This document shows, piece by piece, positions 54,083-64,000 of a stretch of 64,000 bases of DNA (positions within the stretch are counted from its first letter, which is position 1; the number at the start of each line of letters is the position of its first letter). The notes below the pieces were generated by a model. That model made no database searches, was not told where the DNA came from, and saw nothing but the letters and a program-made list of their open reading frames with translations. A program made the position numbers and the translations under genes. The DNA lies in the NCBI GenBank assembly GCA_951406725.2, contig OX597832.1:28396001-28460000 (forward strand), written 5' to 3'. This DNA comes from Octopus vulgaris. Taxonomy: Eukaryota.

Positions 54083-54281
54083 TAATCCAAACAAGAAAGC
54101 ACAAAAAAACACAACAACGCGAGGACGTGGAACAAATATAGTATTATTGGACGCCCAGGAAAGAAGGAAAAAAGGAGGGTTTAACGTTTCGAGTGGAGCT
54201 CTTCGTCGGAAACATAGGAGAAGGAAAGATCCAGAGAAGGGAAGACAGAGGGAAAAAAATCGCCAACGGTACACACGAGGT

Positions 54282-54285
<4 letters not shown>
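54078..54285 (-). mobile_element. Hammerhead-bearing element family H2 in (TA)n
   Basis: Reverse complement of 36668-36872; motif at 54179-54213, also with CCGACGA. Confidence 0.75.
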
Positions 54286-54313
<28 letters not shown>

Positions 54314-54324
54314 GGATAATGGAC

Positions 54325-54600
54325 TCTTCTGCAGCAGATGACTTATGAATGTTCAGCTTTTGCGAACGAACTGCACAAATGATTTGTTTATTGTAATCAA
54401 ATGCACGTGCTGTACGTTAGTCCACTCCCTCCATCAAATCGATGTTACCTGAACAGGTGCAAGATGTACCACACTTGCCAGGTGTCGAAGTGATCGCAGA
54501 GCAACATGAGATAAAGTGTTTTATTCAAGAACACAACGCAGGATCCGGTCTAGGAATTGAAACCACGGTCCCATGATCGTGAGTGCAACATCCGAACCAC
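54325..54600 (-). mobile_element. SINE family C variant
   Basis: Shares head and core with family C, and its 3' part with 34250-34450. Confidence 0.65.
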
Positions 54601-54867
54601 AAATTAAAGCGGTTGGTGTTGGTCTGGGTCGGCAAGGCTTATATTATGCAGTAAAATCGATAAAGATATTACAGTGAACTTGTGATGAACGGAGAAAAAC
54701 CCAACGTTTTGGAAAGAGTCCTTCTTCAAGGAAAATTTGAAAGGAGAAAAATTAATGTATCACAGCAGAATTTTACATCCCCCAAATTAAAAAAAAACTG
54801 GCTGCAACCGATAAGGGATGTAGGGCCGAGTGAGCATGATACCTGAACAAGAAGTGGTAGGAGAAAC

Positions 54868-55218
54868 CGGCGTTCTGAGTTCAAATTCTGCCGAGGTCGA
54901 CTTTGTCTTTCATCCTATTGGGGTCGATAAATTAAGTACCAGTTACGCACTGGGGTCGATGTAATCGACTTAATCCGTTTGTCTGTCCTTGTTTGTCCTC
55001 TCTGTGTTTAGCCCCTTGTGGGTAGTAAAGAAATAGGTATTTTGTCTGCCGTTACGTTCTGAGTTCAAATTCCGCCGAGGTCGACTTTGTCTTTCATTCT
55101 TTCGGGGTCGATTAAATAAGTACCAGTTACGCACTGGGGTCGATATAATCGACATAATCCGTTTGTCTGTCTTTGTTTGTCACCTCTATGTTTAACCCCT
55201 TGTGGGCAATAAAGAAAT
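54868..55218 (+). mobile_element. SINE family A dimer, 5'-truncated
   Basis: Two ~187-bp units joined at AAAGAAATA|GGTATTT; imperfect TSD AAGAA(G/A)TGGT(A/G)GGAGAAAC. Confidence 0.85.
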
Positions 55219-55967
55219 AAGAAATGGTGGGAGAAACAGTGTGTGAAGGGAAAACGAAAAAGCAATTACTTCGGGAACAAAACTGGAAATGAAAAAATGA
55301 AAATGATGAAGGGGAAATGCTAAACGGCCATTGCACAATATGGGACGAAGTACGCCAGACCCAAACGTGTCGTCCTCATAAAAGCGCCCCTCTAGCCACT
55401 CCAACCGATGCTACTGACGTAACAACATTCTAAAACTGAAACCGAGTTTGCATGTACCCGTCCATCGAGAGATCTTTCTCCAATTCCGCCTCAGTCCCTG
55501 GCACACGTAACGTGTGAATAACATAAAATGTTCCGTGTGTAGATATTCAGTGGAGCGATCTCGTTTTGGCAACGAACCACCATATCAGCAACGGAAGACA
55601 ATACTTACAACAAAAGATTATTCACTCGCTGTGCATTATCGACCAAAAACATTATCATAAACCCAATATTATAACGACTTGTTATGTAACACCACCATCG
55701 ACCGCTATTCGACTGACATTAGAAACCAACATCCTGTTGTTGTCGATGTTGTTATTGTTGTTGTTGTTGCAGTTTAACTCCTGGTCAGCTTCATCGAAAT
55801 CATTCCAGTCGTGACCTTCTTGTCCCATGCTTTCTTTTCCAGTTTCCAGGCATAGTCTATCCAGGACTACACTATCCAGTGTGCTCTTAACGATATCTTT
55901 AGGACGGTAAGATGGGATTTTAGGAAGATTTAGCTGCTGTTTTTAGCAGTTTGTGTAGACGTCCTTC

Positions 55968-56327
55968 GTGGTGACGGTGGTGTTGTAGTTGTTGGTTTCG
56001 GTATTGATGATGTTGGTGGTGATGGTGATGATGGTTGTGATGGTGGTGGTGACGATGATGGTCGTGTGGGTGATGATGGTGGGGATCGGATGGCGGCGGT
56101 GGTGGTGGTGATGATAGCGATGGCGATGGTTGCAGTGGTGGTGGTAGTGGTGGTGATGATAGCGATGGCGATGGTTGCAGTGGTGGTGGTAGTGGTGGTG
56201 ATGATAGAGTTGATGATGACGGTGATGATGGTTGTGATGGTGGTTGTGATGGTGGTGACAGTGATGGCCTTGAGGGTGATGATGATGATGGTAGTGGTGA
56301 TGGTGGTGGTGGTGAAGGTGTTGAAGG

Positions 56328-56358
<31 letters not shown>

Positions 56359-56380
56359 AATGATGATGGTAGTGGTGGTG
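55968..56380. repeat. (GAT)/(GGT) trinucleotide tract
   Basis: Directly visible. Confidence 0.9.
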
Positions 56381-56588
56381 TTACAGTTTAACACCAGGTC
56401 ATCCCTGACCCAGCCGACCCGGTCATCGAAGACGATTCAACTGTGACCATCCGTTTTATTCCTACTTGCATCTAGATCGTCCTTCCTTTTCCTTAACAAC
56501 AGCATGTAATTCACGATAAACCTGGTTGCTATTTCTAGCAAGTCAAAAGACCACATGCTGTGTCCATAGTTAACTCTCGTAAATCCGT

Positions 56589-56634
<46 letters not shown>

Positions 56635-56761
56635 AATTTAATGTTGATTTGATTTTAAACAATAATCCACACACATTTTGGGAGGGGAAGCCACAGGCCA
56701 TTATATCAACCCCAGAGTATAACTGGTACTTTATTTCATGGATCCAAGAATTTCTTTTGTC

Positions 56762-57183
56762 TTTTATTCTTTTACTTGTTTCAGTCAGCCGGCTGCGGCC
56801 ATGCTGGAGCACCGCCTTTAGTCGAACGAATCGACCCCCAGGACTTATTCTTTCTAAGCCTAGTACTTATTCTATCGGTGTATTTTGCCGAACCGCTTGG
56901 TTACGGTGACAAAAACACATCAACATCGGTTGTCAAGTGATGCTGAGGGGGGAGGGGGGCAAACACAGACCGACAAACATATATATATATATGTGTGTAT
57001 GTGTGTGTGTGTGTGTATACGGTGGGCTTCTTTCAGTTTCCGCCTACCAAATCCACTCACAAGGCTTTGGTCGGCTCGAGACTGAAGTAGAAGACACTTG
57101 CACAAGGTGTCACGCAGTGGGACTGAACCCAGAACCATGTGGTTCGTAAACAAGCTACTTACCACACAGCCGCGCCTGCGCCT
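56762..57183 (-). mobile_element. SINE family B, full length
   Basis: Matches the family B sequence. Confidence 0.85.
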
Positions 57184-57569
57184 GAATGACACAAAAATAA
57201 AAATAAATTTTTCTCAGCGGGATTTGAACCCAGAACACCTTACTAATATCATTTGTTTTCCCAACGCGGTGGAATGGTAAAACTGAAACCGAGCAACATG
57301 TATTTAATTCCTGAGTTCTAATCCCACCAGGGTCAGTTTTACTTTTTATCCTTCTGGAGTTGTTTATACTCAAATGTATCTCATTTCCCTCACTCAGAAA
57401 TAATTATCGTCTGTTTCTCCATTTTTTCCCTTGATTGAACATTCCAATGCAGTACCACAAAAGCCATGTATAATACGCCTCCGGGTATAAGACACATCCC
57501 AATTTCTGAGCCTAGATCGTCTTCCAAAACTATAGTACCATATACAACGCATATTGTTGTATCGGTGAA

Positions 57570-57884
57570 GATTTATTTATTTGCCCATTTCAAGCCTGGC
57601 CAGGCTCATAGGCCCGGATTCCCGGCTTCTGTGGCGTATGTCTCCCCACCCCAGCTAGACGGGATGCCACTCCATCGCAGCGTTACTCAAGAAATAGGAA
57701 GAAAGAGTGAGAGAAAGTTGGGGCGAAAGAGTGCAACATGGGTCACCACCACCCCCTGCCAGAGCCTCGTGGAGCTTTAGGTGTTTTCGCTCAATAAATA
57801 CACACAACGCCCGGTCTGGGAATCGAAACCGCGATCTTCCGACCACGAGTCCGCTGCCCTAATCACTAGGCCATTGCGCCTCCA
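57570..57884 (-). mobile_element. SINE family C variant
   Basis: Minus strand GGAGGCGCAATGGCCTAGTG.TTAGGGCAGCGGACTCG...GGTTTCGATTCCC, with the family C 3' end. Confidence 0.8.
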
Positions 57885-58898
57885 TAGGTGAAAATAATCA
57901 CCTCTAAACCAATACACTTATATTAATTTTTGATATCAGTTTTTATTTTCTTCATTTTCATAAACATAAAATATAAAATTATCTAAACAAATTAAACTTT
58001 ATTTCATAGTTGTCGTTCGTAAAAGTAGGTGAGGATTGGCATCTGCGATCGATCACTCCAAATTTAAACAACGATTTTATTTTTTTTAAATGTTTATAGT
58101 CTAGGTGGAGTTGATTGATTTTTGCAACCAGTTCACATCTTGTGCCGAAGAGGCATCGATTCAATCGACCCGAATACTTAAATAATATTTATTTTATCGA
58201 CCCCTGAACGAAAAATGACACAAGGTAGATTTCAGTGAGAAATGAACACCGGTTGTAAAATGTCTATACTAAAAATTACAAAATACTTTACCGCTCTATG
58301 ACATCCGTTAGACCTCGCTAGCCTTCATGTAGATGATGTGAAGGCACGTGGCTTAGTGGTTAGCGCGTTGCCCTCACGATTACTAGATCGCGGTTTCGAT
58401 TCCCAGACCAGCGAAATACTACATTTCAAGCCGCTCCACTCGACAGACTGGCGTGTTCCGTCCAGGGTGAATGTTGGCCTGCTAAGCCAGTGGGGTGGCT
58501 ACGAGAAAGTAAGGAAACACATTGTGATCAGCGGTGTACAACATTCGATCGTTTGATCGTTACAGAGATAGCGTGATACAGTGACCAGACGATGTCCCTA
58601 GGTTTCTTCATGCATAAATAATTCATTCAGCTCCTTCGATGCCAGAAAATATTTATTCTAGTCTTAATATTCGCTACCAATTTAGCAAATTTATCCGGAA
58701 GCAGCACTCCAGCTAAGAAAGCCAACATAAGGTTCAAACATAACCTGAGTTATCTCCCATGATTAACAGTAAAAATACAGAAAAAAAACACATACAACAC
58801 AATAAAACAGTTTTAATTATTAATATTTTTTCCTCACGACAAATAATTATTTTGTAATTATTACACGCTTGAAAGGCATCCTGCTTCCGCTTCACCAT

Positions 58899-58961
<63 letters not shown>

Positions 58962-58978
58962 CACCGCTGCTGCTGCTG

Positions 58979-59032
<54 letters not shown>

Positions 59033-59056
59033 TTGCTACTACTACCACTGCTGCTG

Positions 59057-59100
<44 letters not shown>

Positions 59101-59134
59101 GCTACTACTACCACTGCTGCTGCTGCTGCTGCTG

Positions 59135-59183
<49 letters not shown>

Positions 59184-59236
59184 TGCTGCTGCTACTACTA
59201 CTACTACTACTACTACTGCTGTTGCTGCTGCTGCTG

Positions 59237-59299
<63 letters not shown>

Positions 59300-59329
59300 T
59301 TACTACTACTACTACTGCTGCTGCTACTA
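58899..59329. repeat. (CTA)n/(CTG)n tract
   Basis: Directly visible. Confidence 0.95.
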
Positions 59330-59599
59330 GATAGAATGAAATAACCAAAACTAGGCAATAATGTAAATAAAGTGGTGGAACCAAAAAGGTTCTCTGTTCT
59401 TATGTGCACCCCACCCCTCTCTATACTATATCCACACCACCGCCATCACCACCACCACCACCACCACCGCCATCACCACGCTACATCTATCCCACAATTC
59501 CCGCTGCTGCATTATTCCCCAGCATAGCACCGTATCTCGAAATACCAGCCATTCTGATATCAGCTGAGCTATTTCTTCAGGCAAATATTTATTTTATCT

Positions 59600-59653
<54 letters not shown>

Positions 59654-59995
59654 GCAAATGCAGATACAGAAACGCATGCACACGTAAACACAAGTACATA
59701 CATACATGCATACATACATACATACATACTTAAACAAACACGCACGTGCAAGAAAGATCTGCTTCTCTCTACGGGCAGATTCTATTAAAAAGGGATCACG
59801 AGCATCTATAGATAATGGATATCTATAGAGATAATTATAGGAGGTGTGTGTGTGTGGAAATGTGTGTGTGTGTTTGTATGTGTGTGTACACATATATATA
59901 TACTTATACATATATAATTGAGTATACATAGTCTTCGGACTAAATTTTTACATGTTAGGCCACTGGAAGTGAAAATTTCTATTAATTTCCATTAA

Positions 59996-59996
<1 letters not shown>

Positions 59997-60059
<63 letters not shown>

Positions 60060-60072
60060 ATGCATGTATATG

Positions 60073-60169
<97 letters not shown>

Positions 60170-60238
60170 ATATGTATATGTATATATGTATATGTATATA
60201 TATTTATAAGCATAGATAATAATGTATACATGCACATA

Positions 60239-60302
<64 letters not shown>

Positions 60303-60480
60303 CGTATATATACTTACATATACACGCATATATATATACACATATGTATATACGCATACAAATATACATGTGCATGTCTATGTGTATGCGTGTGTAAGTG
60401 AGTGTATAGCGTATGCATGTACACACGCACACTCACTCTCTCTCTCCCTCTCTCTCTTTCTCTCTCACGCTTACACGTAT
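59997..60480. repeat. (TA)n/(TATATG)n compound microsatellite
   Basis: Directly visible. Confidence 0.9.
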
Positions 60481-61338
60481 AATTCCATGGCGGAGGTGCC
60501 ATATTACCATTTCCAAAACCAAACAAGTGTTACATTCATTTCTCATTTATATCCCAGCAGTCCCCTTTTCTAGGAAGTCTGAAAATGTTTTGTGGTTCGT
60601 CTCCCGACATGATCGTCGACGGAGTTACACTGCATCGGTTCTACATTAAGTTACCATTCGATTTTCAAAGTTTCGTTCGTTTTCTTTTACCTTTTTCATT
60701 ATTCTTCTTTAAGCATGTGAGGAGCTAATGACCTCCTCCTCTTCCTCCCCCTCCTTTCATAATTTTAGTCACACCTATGAGGCATCATATGACTACAGGT
60801 ATGATCATAGTTATATATTTTAAAGCTCCACCACTACGGCAGGTTGGTGAATCAGTTTGCATTCGAGTGCAACGAATCCATTGCAAATGTTTCTAGACCT
60901 TCACGACGGCCACACCTTCTGAACGTGTGTCAGCTTGTCTGTCTGTCTGTATGTCTGCCTGTCTGTCTGTATGTATGTGTAGGTATGGGTATATTTATGT
61001 ACGTATATATGCTTATATGTATGAATATATGTGTGTAAGTATTTATGCGAATGCATATCGATATGCATATATGCATGTATGTATGTATGAATGTATATCT
61101 TGTGCATGTACATGTGTATCTATGTATGTATATATGTGTGAAGATCGATTCCAATTTCAAAACTAATTTTCCCGACAAAATTTCTGTGGAGATAACATCA
61201 CCATCACCATCAGCACCGTTGTCATCGCTACCGAGATCCATCAGCATCGTTAGCGTTGCCAATGTCAACATCATCACTAGCAACAGGAACGAGCAATTTC
61301 TACAGCAGAAATAACAACCAGACTAAGAAAAATAAAAT

Positions 61339-61710
61339 CACCACCACCACCACCACCACCACCACCACTACCACCACCACCATTACCACCACCACCAACA
61401 CCACCATTACCACTACCACCACCACCACCACCACCACCACCACCACCACCACCACCACTACTCCCACCACCACCACCACTACTCCCACCACCACCACCAC
61501 CACTACCACCACCACCACCACTACCACTACCACCACCACCACCAAGAACAACAACAACAAAAACACTAACAACAGCAGCAACAATAACACTACAACACTA
61601 TTAAACTATAACAGAATTACACCACCACAATGCCACCACCACCACCACCACCACCACCACCACCACCACCACCACCACCACCACCACCACCACCACCACC
61701 AGCGCCACCA
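61339..61710. repeat. (CCA)n tracts
   Basis: Directly visible. Confidence 0.95.
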
Positions 61711-61789
61711 GCAAAACTGTTTATATTCCAAAACATGACTGCTGACCTCATTCTCTATGTGATATAACTCATTGACACTTAAATATAAA

Positions 61790-61896
61790 TATATATATAG
61801 TGTATGTGTATACATACGCACACACATACACTAATAAACACACACACGCACACACACCACACCTACATGAAGTCGCACAATGGCATACACGCCTAT

Positions 61897-61933
<37 letters not shown>

Positions 61934-62240
61934 GAAACATACACACATACCAGAGCAGTAATAGCCATCACATCACCCCACCCCCGCAACATATACACAC
62001 ACATTCACATTCATTCACACAGATATAGGGATACACACACACATACACACACACATGTACGCGCCCGCACGCACACACACACACACACACAGAGACACAC
62101 ACACACTTCATGTATACATTTCGGCAATGACATACACACAATATTTTGTATATATTGGGTCACATGGCAGTTACAGAATTAGAAATACACACACACAATC
62201 ACACACACACAAACACACACACACACACGCACACACTCAT

Positions 62241-62277
<37 letters not shown>

Positions 62278-63024
62278 CACTCACGCGCACGCGCGCACAC
62301 TTCTCTGTGTTCGTGACAGAAAGAGAAAGAAGGGTGTGTGTGCAGAATTGGCAACTAGCAACTTTATAAATAAACCGTTTTACAAGAAGTTTTTGGCAAT
62401 TCCTTCAACAGACCACCGTCACCCCCTACACACACATATGTGTGTGCATTTACATATAAACATACATGCATACATGTACATATATATGTATGTGTATATG
62501 TATGTTTGTGGGTGGGTGTGTATAATTTATGATTTTTAAAAAATTAAAAAATAGTTTTCTTTTAGCACAGTGTAATGTGGCACCGCTCCCTCTCCTGCTC
62601 CACCTCTCTCTTTCTCCCCGTTTCTTCTTTCTTCCTCTCTCTCTCTCATTCATCCCACAAACAGTTGTATGTACGTGTGTGTGTGTGTGTGTATGTGTGT
62701 GTGTGTGTGTGTTATACATATATATATATGTATGTATGTATATGTATGTATATATATATTTATATATATATATGCATATATATGTGTGTGCGTGTATTTG
62801 TATATATATATAGATATATGTGTGTGTATGTGTATATATATATGTGTGTGTGTGTGTATGTGTATATTTGTATATATATATGCGTGTGTATGTATGTATG
62901 TGCATGTGTGTATTTTTATGTTTACATACATGCTCACACACATACTTATGCATATATATATATATATGTATGTATGTGTATGTGTGTATATATGTATATA
63001 TGTATGTATATATATGCATATATT

Positions 63025-63060
<36 letters not shown>

Positions 63061-63235
63061 TGTGTATGTGTGTATGTGCATGTGTGTGTGTGTATGTTTA
63101 TGTTTACATACATGCTCACACACACACATATGCATATATGTATGTGTGTGTGTATGTATGTATGTATGTATACGCATTACATACATATCAGAGCGTGCGT
63201 ACAATCCAGTGGGTGTGGCAACATATATACACGTC
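61790..63235. repeat. Degenerate CA/TG/TA microsatellite field
   Basis: Directly visible; internal duplication of ATGCGTGTGTATG...TTTATGTTTACATACATGCTCACACA. Confidence 0.8.
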
Positions 63236-63650
63236 CGGTGATATTGATTATAAGCATTTTTTAGTCTACTTATGTTATTTAACCCTAAGTCACTAACGAT
63301 CCACCAGACCTTTGATCAAACCCATTCCAACGATGACCAATCCAACCGTTGTTCAACTGCCTTATTTTCTAAGGCTACGTTATTTTCATTTTCTAATGTG
63401 TCCTGCATTTTAGACGCTATGGTACGATTCAGCTGCTATTTCTTGCAGAGTGTGTGACCACGTAGAGGCTCCTTCACTCGTTCGTTTGTGTTGCTGTTGC
63501 TGGAAGTGGTGGCGTTTCTGGTAGCAGTGTAGGCGTTAGTAGAGATGGTGGTGGTTATAGTATTTGTGGTGGTAGAGGTGTTGGTGGTGGCGATGGCTGT
63601 GGCGATAGTGCTGTTGGTGGTAGTGATGTTGGTGTTAGTAGATGCAATAA

Positions 63651-63715
<65 letters not shown>

Positions 63716-64000
63716 TCATCAGTAGTGGTGGCCACGGATTGTCATCAGCTGCGGTACATTGCAGAAGTTTGCTCCGTCATTGCACGTGTTCTTTCTCAAT
63801 AACAACAGTCAACAGACGGTTGTTCTTAGATCGATAACAAGCGGGTATATCAAGCTAACCAAGTCAACAAGCCACCCGGATAGCCACATGGATAACCACT
63901 CGGATATCCAACAAGCCAGACAGCCACCCGTAATTCACCATCGAGACACAAGTCATGCCACACCCACTCACCACTTTATGAACCTACCCGTTACTCACCC

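Noticed and set aside
63860-64000. Degenerate ~11-bp repeat (GCCACCCGGATA-like) at the window end
   Set aside because: Too short and cut off by the window edge to classify.

Overview
AT-rich, microsatellite-saturated eukaryotic DNA with no intact protein-coding gene that I can support. Nearly all long ORFs in the track are translations of simple repeats. The repeat families look like those of an octopus (coleoid cephalopod); this is from recognition, not a database search. Contents: three tRNA-headed SINE families (working names A, B, C), an RTE-tailed repeat, a decayed DD37D/maT-type Tc1/mariner transposase, mariner, pogo and hAT MITEs (several with target-site duplications), and three Helitron derivatives. 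One Helitron keeps a Rep HUH motif and a PIF1-helicase fragment on either side of a large GGT expansion. A 3' fragment of an R4/Dong-like LINE sits in (CATA)n, and another element sits in (TAA)n. The most notable signal is about ten short elements, mostly embedded in (TA)n, from several unrelated sequence families. Each carries a minimal type I hammerhead ribozyme motif of the Penelope-associated dimeric kind. Some lie inside long inverted repeats, and four families carry a CCGANGA core instead of CUGANGA. Coordinates of degenerate repeats are approximate.
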